Source: Eledone cirrhosa
Taxonomy: Eukaryota
Direction of reading: 5' to 3'
Assembly: GCA_964016885.1 (NCBI GenBank)
Contig: OZ024744.1
Location: forward strand, 120,590,001 to 120,654,000
DNA: 64,000 nucleotides
The notes beneath the pieces are model-generated. The model was not told the DNA's origin and did not search any database. It saw only the letters and a program-made list of their open reading frames with translations. Shown here one piece after another: positions 11,901 to 26,500 of this stretch. Position 1 is the stretch's first letter, and each line of letters begins with the position of its first letter. The translations under genes were made by a program, and so were the position numbers.

Positions 11901-14900
11901 ACATATCATAGTATCAGAGTTGTGATCTCTCAATTCAGAGATTCTTTCCTGAGACATTCTAACCACATGTCATATTATCAGAGCTGTGATATCTCAATTG
12001 AGAGATTCTTTCCTGAGATATTTTAACCACATATCATAGTATCAGAGCTGTGATCTCTCAATTCAGAGATTCTATCCTGATACATTTTAACCACATGTCA
12101 TAGTATCAGAGCTGTGATCTCTCAATTCAGAGATTCTTTCCTGAGACATTCTAACCACGTCATAGTATTAGAGCTGTGATCTCTCAATTCAGAGATTCTT
12201 TCCTGAGACATTCTAAACACATTTCATAGTATCACAGCTGTGATCTCTCAATTTAGATATTCTTTCCTGAGATATTCTAAGCACATGTCATAGTATTAGA
12301 GCTGTGATATCTCAATTCAGAGATTCTTTCCTGAGACATTCTAACCACATGTCATAGTATCAGAGCTGTGATCTCTCAATTCAGAGATTCTTTCTTGAGA
12401 CATTCTAACCACATGTCATAGTATCAGTGCTGTGATCTCTCAATTCAGAGATTCTTTCATGAGATATTCTAACCACATGTCATATTATCAGAGCTGTGAT
12501 CTCTCAATTCAGATATTCTTTCCTGAGACATTCTAAACACATGTCATAGGATCGGATTTGTGATCTCTCAACTCAGAGATTCTTTCCTGAGATATTCTAA
12601 CCACATGTCATAGTATGAGAGCTGTGATCTCTCAATTCAGAGATTCTTTCCTGAGACATTCTAACCACATGTCATAGTATTAGAGCTGTGACCTCTCAAT
12701 TCAGAGATTCTTTACTGAGATATTCTAACCACATGTCATAGTATCAGAGCTGTGATCTCTCAATTCAGAGATTCTTTCCTGAGACATCCTAACCACATGT
12801 CATATTATCAGAGCTGTGATATCTCAATTGAGAGATTCTTTCCTGAGATATTTTAACAACATATCATAGTATCAGAGCTGTGATCTCTCAATTCAGAGAT
12901 TCTGTCCTGAGACATTCTAACCAAATGTCATAGTATCAGAGCTGTGATCTCTCAATTCAGAGATTCTTTCCTGAGAGATTCTAAACACATTTCATAGTAT
13001 CAGAGCTGTGATCTCTCAATTTAGATATTCTTTCCTGAGATATTCTAACCACATGTCATAGTATTAGAGCTGTGATATCTCAATTCAGAGATTCTTTCCT
13101 GAGATATTCTAAGAACATGTCATAGTATCAGAGATGTGATCTCTCAATTCAGAGATTCTTTCTTGAGACATTCTAACTCCATGTCCACAGTATCAGAGCT
13201 GTGAACTCTCAATTCAGAGATTCTTTCCTGAGACATTCTAACCACATGACAGTATCAGATTTGTGATCTCTCAATTCAGACATTCTTTCCTGGGATATTC
13301 TAACCACATGTCATAGTATCAGAGCTGTGATCTCTCAATTCAGAGATTCTTTCCTGAGACATTCTAACCACATGTCATAGTATCAGAGCTGTGATCTCTT
13401 AATTTAGAGATTCTTTCATGAGATATTTTAACCACATGTCATAGTATCAGAGCTGTAATCATTCAATTCAGAGATTCTTTCCTGAGACATTCTAACCACA
13501 TGTCATAGTATCAGAACTGTCATATCTCAATTTAGAGATTCTTTCATGAGATATTCTAACCACATGTCATAGTATCAGAGCTGTGTGCTCTCAATTCAGA
13601 GATTCTATCCTGAGACATTCTAAACACGTTTCATAGTATCAGAGCTGTGATCTCTCAATTTAGATATTCTTTCCTGAGATATTCTAAGCACATGTCATAC
13701 TATTAGAGCTGTGATATCTCAATTCAGAGATTCTTTCCTGAGATATTCTAACCACATGTCATATTATCAGAGCTGTGATCTCTCAATTCAGAGATTCTTT
13801 CTTGAGACATTCTAACCACATGTCATAGTATCAGTGCTGTGATCTCTCAATTCAGAGATTCTTTCATGAGATATTCTAACCACATGTCATAGTATGAGAG
13901 CTGTGATCTCTCAATTCAGAGATTCTTTCCTGAGACATTCTAACCACATGTCATAGTATTAGAGCTGTGATCTCTCAATTCAGAGATTCTTTACTGAGAC
14001 ATACTAACCACATGTCATAGTATCAGAGCTGTGATCTCTCAATTCAGAGATTCTTTCCTGAGACATCCTAACCACATGTCATATTATCAGAGCTGTGATA
14101 TCTCAATTGAGAGATTCTTTCCTGAGATATTTTAACAACATATCATAGTATCAGAGCTGTGATCTCTCAATTCAGAGATTCTGTCCTGATACATTCTAAC
14201 CACATGTCATAGTATCAGAGCTGTGATCTCTCAATTCAGGGATTCTTTCCTGAGACATTCTAAACACATTTCATAGTATCAGAGCTGTGATCTCTCAATT
14301 TAGATATTCTTTCCTGAGATATTCTAACCACATGTCATAGTATTAGATCTGTGATATCTCAATTCAGAGATTCTTTCCTGAGATATTCTAACCACATGTC
14401 ATAGTATCAGAGCTGTGATCTCTCAATTCAGAGATTCTTTCTTGAGACATTCTAACTCCATGTCCACAGTATCAGAGCTGTGAACTCTCAATTCAGAGAT
14501 TCTTTCCTGAGACATGCTAACCACATGACATAGTATCAGATTTGTGATCTCTCAATTCAGAGATTCTTTCCTGGGATATTCTAACCACATGTCATAGTAT
14601 CAGAGCTTTGATCTCTCAATTCAGAGATTCTTTCCTGAGACATTCTAACCACATGACATAGTATCAGATCTGTGATCTCTCAATTCAGAGATTCTTTCCC
14701 TGGATATTCTAACCACATGTCATAGTATCAGAGCTGTGATCTCTCAATTCAGAGATTCTTTCCTGAGACATTCTAACCACATGTCATAGTATCAGAGCTG
14801 TGATCTCTTAATTTAGAGATTCTTTCATGAGATATTCTAACCACATGTCATAGTTTCAGAGCTGTGATCACTCAATTCAGAGATTCTTTCCTGAGACATT

Positions 14901-17599
14901 CTAACCCCATGTCATAGTATCAGAGCTGTCATCTCTCAATTTAGAGATTCTTTCATGAGATATTCTAACCACATGTCATAGTATCAGAGCTGTGTGCTTT
15001 CAATTCAGAGATTCTATTCTGAGACGTTCTAAGTACATGTCAAATTATCAGAGCTGTGATCTCCAAATTCAGAGATTCTTTCCCGAGAAATTCTAACCAC
15101 ATGTCTGTAGTATAAGAGCTGTGATCTCTCAACTCAGAGATTCTTTTCTGAGACATTCTAACCACATGTCATAGTATTAGAGCTGTGATCTCTCAATTCA
15201 GAGATTCTTTCCTGAGACATTCTTACCACATGTCATATTATCAGAGCTGTGATCTCTAAAATTTAGAGATTCTTTCCTGAGACATTCTAACCACATGTCA
15301 TATTATCAGAGCTATGATATCTCAATTCAGAGATTCTTTCCTGAGACATTCTAACCACGTCATAGTATTAGAGCTGTGATCTCTCAATTCAGAGATTCTC
15401 TCCTGATACATTCTAACCACATGTCATAGTATCAGAGCTGTGATCTCTCAATTCAGAGATTCTTTCCTGAGACATTCTAACCACGTCATAGTATTAGAGC
15501 TGTGATCTCTCAATTCAGAGATTCTTTCCTGAGACATTCTTACCACATGTCATATTATCAGAGCTGTGATATCTCAATTGAGAGATTCTTTCCTGAGACA
15601 TTCTAACCTCATGTCATAGTATCAGTGCTGTGATCTCTCAATTCAGAGATTCTTTCATGAGATATTCTAACCACATGTCATAGTATCAGAGCTGTGATCT
15701 CTCAATTCAGAGATTCTTTCCTGGGATATTCTAACCACATGTCATAGTATCAGAGCTGTGATCTCTCAATTCAGAGATTCTTTCCTGAGACATTCTAACC
15801 ACATGTCATATTATCAGAGCTGTGATATCTCAATTGCGAGATTCTTTCCTGAGATATTTTAACCACATATCATAGTATCAGAGCTGTGATCTCTCAATTC
15901 AGAGATTCTCTCCTGATACATTCTAACCACATGTCATAGTATCAGATCTGTGATCTCTCAATTCAGAGATTCTTTCCTGAGACATTCTAACCACGTCATA
16001 GTATTAGAGCTGTGATCTCTCAATTCAGAGATTCTTTCCTGAGACATTCTTACCACATGTCATATTATCAGAGCTGTGATCTCTAAAATTTAGAGATTCT
16101 TTCCTGAGACATTCTAAACACATGTCATATTATCAGAGCTATGATATCTCAATTCAGAGATTCTTTCCTGGGACATTCTAACCACATGTCATAGTATCAG
16201 AGCTGTGATTTCTCAATTTAGATATTCTTTCCTGAGACATTCTAACCACATGTCATAGTATCGGAGCTGTGATCTCTCAATTCAGAGATTCTTTCCTGAG
16301 ACATTCTAACCACATGTCATAGTATCAGAGCTGTGATATCTCAATTCAGAGATTCTTTCCTGAGATATTCTAACCACCTGTCATAGTATCAGATCTGTGA
16401 TCTCTCAATTCAAAGATTCTTTCTTGAGACATTCTAACTCCATGTCCACAGAATCAGAGCTGTGAACTCTCAATTCAGAGATTCTTTCTGAGACATTCTA
16501 ACCACATGTCATAGTATCAGAGCTGTGATCTCTTAATTTAGAGATTCTTTCATGAGATATTCTAACCACATGTCATAGTATCAGAGCTGTGATCTCTCAA
16601 TTCAGAGATTCTTTCCTGAGACATTCTAACCACATGTCATTTTATTAGAGCTGTGGTCTCTCAATTCAGAGATTCATTCCTGAGAAATTCTAACAACATG
16701 TCTGTAGTATGAGAGCTGTGATCTCTCAATTCAGAGATTCTTTCCTGAGACATTCTAACCTCATGTCATAGTATCAGTGCTGTGATCTCTCAATTCAGAG
16801 ATTCTTTCATGAGATATTCTAACCACATGTCATAGTGTCAGAGCTGTGATCTCTCAATTCAGAGATTCTTTCCTGGGATATTCTAACCACATATCATAGT
16901 ATCATAGCTGTGATCTCTCAATTCAGAGATTCTTTCCTGAGACATTCTAACCACATGTCATATTATCAGAGCTGTGATATCTCAATTGAGAGATTCTTTC
17001 CTGAGATATTTTAACCACATATCATAGTATCAGAGCTGTGATCTCTCAATTCAGAGATTCTATCCTGATACATTCTAACCACATGTCATAGTATCAGAGC
17101 TGTGATCTCTCAATTCAGAGATTCTTTCCTGAGACATTCTAACCACGTCATAGTATTAGAGCTGTGATCTCTCAATTCAGAGATTCTTTCCTGAGACATT
17201 CTAAACACATTTCATAGTATCACAGCTGTGATCTCTCAATTTAGATATTCTTTCCTGAGATATTCTAAGCACATGTCATAGTATTAGAGCTGTGATATCT
17301 CAATTCAGAGATTCTTTCCTGAGACATTCTAACCACATGTCATAGTATCAGAGCTGTGATCTCTCAATTCAGAGATTCTTTCTTGAGACATTCTAACCAC
17401 ATGTCATAGTATCAGTGCTGTGATCTCTCAATTCAGAGATTCTTTCATGAGATATTCTAACCACATGTCATATTATCAGAGCTGTGATCTCTCAATTCAG
17501 ATATTCTTTCCTGAGACATTCTAACCACATGTCATAGGATCGGATTTGTGATCTCTCAACTCAGAGATTCTTTCCTGAGATATTCTAACCACATGTCAT

Positions 17600-20500
17600 A
17601 GTATGAGAGCTGTGATCTCTCAATTCAGAGATTCTTTCCTGAGACATTCTAACCACATGTCATAGTATTAGAGCTGTGATCTCTCAATTCAGAGATTCTT
17701 TACTGAGACATTCTAACCACATGTCATAGTATCAGAGCTGTGATCTCTCAATTCAGAGATTCTTTCCTGAGACATCCTAACCACATGTCATATTATCAGA
17801 GCTGTGATATCTCAATTGAGAGATTCTTTCCTGAGATATTTTAACAACATATCATAGTATCAGAGCTGTGATCTCTCAATTCAGAGATTCTTTCCTGAGA
17901 CATTCTAACCAAATGTCATAGTATCAGAGCTGTGATCTCTCAATTCAGAGATTCTTTCCTGAGAGATTCTAAACACATTTCATAGTATCATAACTGTGAA
18001 CTCTCAATTTAGATATTCTTTCCTGAGATATTCTAACCACATGTCATAGTATTAGAGCTGTGATATCTCAATTCAGAGATTCTTTCCTGAGATATTCTAA
18101 GAACATGTCATAGTATCAGAGATGTGATCTCTCAATTAAGAGATTCTTTCTTGAGACATTCTAACTCCATGTCCACAGTATCAGAGCTGTGAACTCTCAA
18201 TTCAGAGATTCTTTCCTGAGACATTCTAACCACATGACAGTATCAGATTTGTGATCTCTCAATTCAGACATTCTTTCCTGGGATATTCTAACCACATGTC
18301 ATAGTATCAGAGCTGTGATCTCTCAATTCAGAGATTCTTTCCTGAGACATTCTAACCACATGACATAGTATCAGATCTGTGATCTCTCAATTCAGAGATT
18401 CTTACCCCGGATATTCTAACCACATGTCATAGTATCAGAGCTGTGATCTCTCAATTCAGAGATTCTTTCCTGAGACATTCTAACCACATGTCATAGTATC
18501 AGAGCTGTGATCTCTTAATTTAGAGATTCTTTCATGAGATATTTTAACCACATGTCATAGTATCAGAGCTGTAATAATTCAATTCAGAGATTCTTTCCTG
18601 AGACATTCTAACCACATGTCATAGTATCAGAGCTGTCATATCTCAATTTAGAGATTCTTTCATGAGATATTCTAACCACATGTCATAGTATCAGAGCTGT
18701 GTGCTCTCAATTCAGAGATTCTATCCTGGGACATTCTAAGCACATGTCACAGTATCAGAGCTGTGATCTCCCAATTCAGAGATTCTTTCCCGAGAAATTC
18801 TAACCACATGTCTGTAGTATAAGAGCTGTGATCTCTCAATTCAGAGATTCTTTCCTGAGGCATTCTGACTCCCTGTCCACAGTATCAGAGCTGTGATCTC
18901 TCAATTCAGAGATTTTTTCCTGAGACATTCTAACCACATGTCATAGTATCAGTACTGTGATCTCTCAATTCAGAGATTCTTTCCTGAGATATTCTAACCA
19001 CATGTCATAGTATAAGAGCTGTGATCTCTCAATTCAGAGATTCTTTCCTGAGATATTCTAACCACATGTCATAGGATCAGATTTGTGATCTCTCAATTTA
19101 GAGATTCTTTCCTGAGATATTCTAACCACATGTCATAGTATCAGATCTGTGATCTCTTAATTCAGAGATTCTTTCCTGAGACATTCTAACCACATGTCAT
19201 ATTATCAGAGCTGTGATCTCTTAATTTAGAGATTCTTTCATGAGATAATCTAACCACATGTCATAGTAGCAGGGCTGTGATCTCTCAATTCAGAGATTCT
19301 CTCCTGAGACATTCTAACCACATGTCATAGTATTAGAGCTGTGATTTCTCAATTCAGAGATTCTTTCCTGAGAAATTCTAACCACATGTCTGTAGTATCA
19401 GAGCTGTGATCTCTCAATTCAGAGATTCTTTCCTAAGACGTTCTAACTCCATATCCACAGTATCAGAGCTGTGATCTCTCAATTCAGAGATTCTTTCCTG
19501 AGACATTCTTACCACATGTCATAGTATCAGAGCTGTGATCTCTCAATTTAGAGATTCTTTCCTGAGACATTCTAACCACATGTCATAGTATCAGAACTGT
19601 GATCTCTCAATTCAGAGATTCTATCCTGAGACATTCTAACGACATGTCATAGTATCAGAGCTGTGATCTCTCAATTTAGAGATTCTTTCATGAGATATTC
19701 TAACCAAATGTCATAGTATCAGATCTGTGATCTCTCAATTCAGAGATTCTTTCCTGAGATATTCTAACCACATGTCATAGTATCAGAGCTGTCATCTCTC
19801 AATTCAGAGATTCTTTCCTGAGACATTCTAACCACATGTCATAGTATCAGAGCTGTGATCTCTTAATTTAGAGATTCTTTCATGAGATAATCTAACCACA
19901 TGTCATAGTATCAGAGCTGTGATCTCTCAATTCAGAGATTCTTTCCTGAGAAATTCTAACCACATATCTGTAATATCAGAGCTGTGATCTCTCAATTCAG
20001 AGATTCTTTCCTGGGACATTCTAACCACATGTCATAGTATTAGAGCTGTGATATCTCAATTCAGAGCTTCTTTCCTGAGACATTCTTACCACATGTCATA
20101 GTATCAGAGCTGTGATCTCTCAATTTAGAGATTCATTCCTGAGACATTCTAACCACAGGTCATAGTATCAGAGCTGTCATCTCTCAATTCAGAGATTCTT
20201 TCCTGAGACATTCTAACCACATGTCATAGTATCAGAGCTGTGATCTCTCAATTTAGAGATTCTTTCATGAGATATTCTAACCACATGTCATAATATCAGA
20301 GCTATGATCTCTCAATTCAGAGATTCTTTCCTGAGACATTCTAACCACATGTCTGTAGTATCAGAGCTGTGATCTCTCAATACAGAGATTCTTTCCTGAG
20401 ACATTCTAACTCCATGTCCACAGTATCAGAGCTGTGATCTCTCAATTCAGAGATTCTTTCCTGAGACATTCTAATCACATGTCAAAGTATCAGAGCTGTG

Positions 20501-23500
20501 AACTCTAAATTTAGATATTCTTCCCTGAGATATTCTAACCACATGTCATAGTATTAGAGCTGTGATCTCTCAATTCAGAGATTCTTTTCTGAGACATTCT
20601 AACCACATGTCTGTAGTATCAGAGCTGTGAACTCTCAATTCAGAGATTCTTTCCTGGGACATTCTAACCACATGTCATAGTATCAGGGCTGTGATCTCTC
20701 AATTCAGAGATTCTTTCCTGAGACATTCTAACCACATGTCATATTATCAGAGCTGTGATATCTCAATTGAGAGATTCTTTCCTGAGAAATTTTAACCACA
20801 TATCATAGTATCAGAGCTGTGATCTCTCAATTCAGAGATTCTCTCCTGATACATTCTAACCACATGTCATAGTATCAGAGCTGTGATCTCTCAATTCAGA
20901 GATTCTTTCCTGAGACATTCTAACCACGTCATAGTATTAGAGCTGTGATCTCTCAATTCAGAGATTCTTTCCTGAGACATTCTTACCACATGTCATATTA
21001 TCAGAGCTGTGATCTCTAAAATTTAGAGATTCTTTCCTGAGACATTCTAACCACATGTCATATTATCAGAGCTAAGATATCTCAATTCAGAGATTCTTTC
21101 CTGAGATATTCTAACCACCTGTCATAGTATCAGATCTGTGATCTCTCAATTCAAAGATTCTTTCTTGAGACATTCTAACTCCATGTCCACAGAATCAGAG
21201 CTGTGAACTCTCAATTCAGAGATTCTTCCTGAGACATTCTAACCACATGTCATAGTATCAGAGCTGTGATCTCTTAATTTAGAGATTCTTTCATGAGATA
21301 TTCTAACCACATGTCATAGTATCAGAGCTGTGATCTCTCAATTCAGAGATTCTTTCCTGAGACATTCTAACCACATGTCATTTTATTAGAGTTGTGGTCT
21401 CTCAATTCAGAGATTCATTCCTGAGAAATTCTAACAACAGGTCTGTAGTATCAGAGCTGTGATCTCTCAATTCAGAGATTCTTTCCTGAGACATTCTAAC
21501 CTCATGTCATAGTATCAGTGCTGTGATCTCTCAATTCAGAGATTCTTTCCTGAGATATTCTAACCACATGTCATAGTATCAGAGCTGTGACCTCTCAATT
21601 CAGAGATTCTTTCCTGGGATATTCTAACCACATATCATAGTATCAGAGCTGTGATCTCTCAATTCAGAGATTCTTTCCTGAGACATTCTAACCACATGTC
21701 ATATTATCAGAGCTGTGATATCTCAATTGAGAGATTCTTTCCTGAGATATTTTAACCACATATCATAGTATCAGAGCTGTGATCTCTCAATTCAGAGATT
21801 CTCTCCAGATACATTCTAACCACATGTCATATTATCAGAGCTGTGATCTCTCAATTCAGAGATTCTTTCCTGAGACATTCTAACCACGTCAAAGTATTAG
21901 AGCTGTGATCTGTCAATTCAGAGATTCTTTCCTGAGACATTCTAAACACATTTCATAGTATCACAGCTGTGATCTCTCAATTTAGATATTCTTTCCTGAG
22001 ATATTCTAAGCACATGTATTAGAGCTGTAATATCTCAATTCAGAGATTCTTTCCTGAGACATTCTAACCACATGTCATAGTATCAGAGCTGTGATCTCTC
22101 AATTCAGAGATTCTTTCTTGAGACATTCTAACCACATGTCATAGTATCAGTGCTGTGATCTCACAATTCAGAGATTCTTTCATGAGATATTCTAACCACA
22201 TGTCATAGTATCAGAGCTGTGATCTCTCAATTCAGATATTCTTTCCTGAGACATTCTAACCACATGTCATAGGATCGGATTTGTGATCTCTCAACTCAGA
22301 GATTCTTTCCTGAGATATTCTAACCACATGTCATAGTATGAGAGCTGTGATCTCTCAATTCAGAGATTCTTTCCTGAGACATTCTAACCACATGTCATAG
22401 TATTAGAGCTGTGATCTCTCAATTCAGAGATTCTTTACTGAGACATTCTAACCACATGTCATAGTATCAGAGCAGTGATCTCTCAATTCAGAGATTCTTT
22501 CCTGAGACATCCTAACCACATGTCATATTATCAGAGCTGTGATATCTCAATTGAGAGATTCTTTCCTGAGATATTTTAACAACATATCATAGTATCAGAG
22601 CTGTGATCTCTCAATTCAGAGATTCTGTCCTGAGACATTCTAACCAAATGTCATAGTATCAGAGCTGTGATCTCTCAATTCAGAGATTCTTTCCTGAGAG
22701 ATTCTAAACACATTTCATAGTATCAGAGCTGTGATCTCTCAATTTAGATATTCTTTCCTGAGATATTCTAACCACATGTCATAGTATTAGAGCTGTGATA
22801 TCTCAATTCAGAGATTCTTTCCTGAGATATTCTAAGAACATGTCATAGTATCAGAGATGTGATCTCTCAATTTAGAGATTCTTTCCTGAGACATTCTAAC
22901 CACATGTCATAGTATCAGAACTGTGATCTCTCAATTCAGAGATTCTATCCTGAGACATTCTAACGACATGTCATAGTATCAGAGCTGTGATCTCTCAATT
23001 TAGAGATTCTTTCATGAGATATTCTAACCAAATGTCATAGTATCAGATCTGTGATCTCTCAATTCAGAGATTCTTTCCTGAGATATTCTAACCACATGTC
23101 ATAGTATCAGAGCTGTCATCTCTCAATTCAGATATTCTTTCCTGAGACATTCTAACCACATGTCATAGGATCGGATTTGTGATCTCTCAACTCAGAGATT
23201 CTTTCCTGAGATATTCTAACCACATGTCATAGTATGAGAGCTGTGATCTCTCAATTCAGAGATTCTTCCTGAGACATTCTAACCACATGTCATAGTATCA
23301 GAGCTGTGATCTCTCAATTCAGAGATTCTTTCCTGAGAGATTCTAAACACATTTCATATTATCAGAGCTGTGATCTCTCAATTTAGATATTCTTTCCTGA
23401 GATATTCTAACCACATGTCATAGTATCAGAGCTGTCATCTCTCAATTCAGATATTCTTTCCTGAGACATTCTAACCACATGTCATAGGATCGGATTTGTG

Positions 23501-26500
23501 ATCTCTCAACTCAGAGATTCTTTCCTGAGACATTCTAACCACATGTCATAGTATCAGAACTGTGATCTCTCAATTCAGAGATTCTATCCTGACATATTCT
23601 AAGAACATGTCATACTATCAGAGATGTGATCTCTCAATTCAGAGATTCTTTCCTGAGACATTCTAACCACATGTCATTTTATTAGAGCTGTGGTCTCTCA
23701 ATTCAGAGATTCATTCCTGAGAAATTCTAACAACAGGTCTGTAGTATCAGAGCTGTGATCTCTCAATTCAGAGATTCTTTCCTGAGACATTCTAACCTCA
23801 TGTCATAGTATCAGTGCTGTGATCTCTCAATTCAGAGATTCTTTCATGAGATATTCTAACCACATGTCATAGTATCAGAGCTGTGACCTCTCAATTCAGA
23901 GATTCTTTCCTGGGATATTCTAACCACATATCATAGTATCAGAGCTGTGATCTCTCAATTCAGAGATTCTTTCCTGAGACATTCTAACCACATGTCATAT
24001 TATCAGAGCTGTGATATCTCAATTGAGAGATTCTTTCCTGAGATATTTTAACCACATATCATAGTATCAGAGCTGTGATCTCTCAATTCAGAGATTCTCT
24101 CCTGATACATTCTAACCACATGTCATAGTATCAGAGCTGTGATCTCTCAATTCAGAGATTCTTTCCTGAGACATTCTAACCACGTCAAAGTATTAGAGCT
24201 GTGATCTGTCAATTCAGAGATTCTTTCCTGAGACATTCTAAACACATTTCATAGTATCACAGCTGTGATCTCTCAATTTAGATATTCTTTCCTGAGATAT
24301 TCTAAGCACATGTATTAGAGCTGTAATATCTCAATTCAGAGATTCTTTCCTGAGACATTCTAACCACATGTCATAGTATCAGAGCTGTGATCTCTCAATT
24401 CAGAGATTCTTTCTTGAGACATTCTAACCACATGTCATAGTATCAGTGCTGTGATCTCTCAATTCAGAGATTCTTTCATGAGATATTCTAACCACATGTC
24501 ATAGTATCAGAGCTGTGATCTCTCAATTCAGATATTCTTTCCTGAGACATTCTAACCACATGTCATAGGATCGGATTTGTGATCTCTCAACTCAGAGATT
24601 CTTTCCTGAGATATTCTAACCACATGTCATAGTATGAGAGCTGTGATCTCTCAATTCAGAGATTCTTCCTGAGACATTCTAACCACATGTCATAGTATCA
24701 GAGCTGTGATCTCTCAATTCAGAGATTCTTTCCTGAGAGATTCTAAACACATTTCATAGTATCAGAGCTGTGATCTCTCAATTTAGATATTCTTTCCTGA
24801 GATATTCTAACCACATGTCATAGTATCAGAGCTGTCATCTCTCAATTCAGATATTCTTTCCTGAGACATTCTAACCACATGTCATAGGATCGGATTTGTG
24901 ATCTCTCAACTCAGAGATTCTTTCCTGAGACATTCTAACCACATGTCATAGTATCAGAACTGTGATCTCTCAATTCAGAGATTCTATCCTGAGATATTCT
25001 AAGAACATGTCATAGTATCAGAGCTGTGATCTCTCAATTCAGAGATTCTTTCCTGAGACATTCTAACCACATGTCATTTTATTAGAGCTGTGGTCTCTCA
25101 ATTCAGAGATTCATTCCTGAGAAATTCTAACAACAGGTCTGTAGTATCAGAGCTGTGATCTCTCAATTCAGTGATTCTTTCCTGAGACATTCTAACCTCA
25201 TGTCATAGTATCAGTGCTGTGATCTCTCAATTCAGAGATTCTTTCATGAGATATTCTAACCACATGTCATAGTATCAGAGCTGTGACCTCTCAATTCAGA
25301 GATTCTTTCCTGGGATATTCTAACCACATATCATAGTATCAGAGCTGTGATCTCTCAATTCAGAGATTCTTTCCTGAGACATTCTAACCACATGTCATAT
25401 TATCAGAGCTGTGATATCTCAATTGAGAGATTCTTTCCTGAGATATTTTAACCACATATCATAGTATCAGAGCTGTGATCTCTCAATTCAGAGATTCTCT
25501 CCTGATACATTCTAACCACATGTCATAGTATCAGAGCTGTGATCTCTCAATTCAGAGATTCTTTCCTGAGACATTCTAACCACGTCAAAGTATTAGAGCT
25601 GTGATCTGTCAATTCAGAGATTCTTTCCTGAGACATTCTAAACACATTTCATAGTATCACAGCTGTGATCTCTCAATTTAGATATTCTTTCCTGAGATAT
25701 TCTAAGCACATGTATTAGAGCTGTAATATCTCAATTCAGAGATTCTTTCCTGAGACATTCTAACCACATGTCATAGTATCAGAGCTGTGATCTCTCAATT
25801 CAGAGATTCTTTCTTGAGACATTCTAACCACATGTCATAGTATCAGTGCTGTGATCTCTCAATTCAGAGATTCTTTCATGAGATATTCTAACCACATGCC
25901 ATAGTATCAGAGCTGTGATCTCTCAATTCAGATATTCTTTCCTGAGACATTCTAACCACATGTCATAGGATCGAATTTGTGATCTCTCAACTCAGAGATT
26001 CTTTCCTGAGATATTCTAACCACATGTCATAGTATGAAAGCTGTGATCTCTCAATTCAGAGATTCTTTCCTGAGACATTCTAACCACATGTCATAGTATT
26101 AGAGCTGTGATCTCTCAATTCAGAGATTCTTTACTGAGACATTCTAACCACATGTCATAGTATCAGAGCAGTGATCTCTCAATTCAGAGATTCTTTCCTG
26201 AGACATCCTAACCACATGCCATATTATCAGAGCTGTGATATCTCAATTGAGAGATTCTTTCCTGAGATATTTTAACAACATATCATAGTATCAGAGCTGT
26301 GATCTCTCAATTCAGAGATTCTGTCCTGAGACATTCTAACCAAATGTCATAGTATCAGAGCTGTGATCTCTCAATTCAGAGATTCTTTCCTGAGAGATTC
26401 TAAACACATTTCATAGTATCAGAGCTGTGATCTCTCAATTTAGATATTCTTTCCTGAGATATTCTAACCACATGTCATAGTATTAGAGCTGTGATATCTC

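Noticed and set aside
13111-13125. p53 half-site-like GAACATGTCA in variant monomers
   Set aside because: These are isolated imperfect half-sites in a few monomers. The consensus CCACATGTCA fits RRRCWWGYYY poorly and has no adjacent second half-site.
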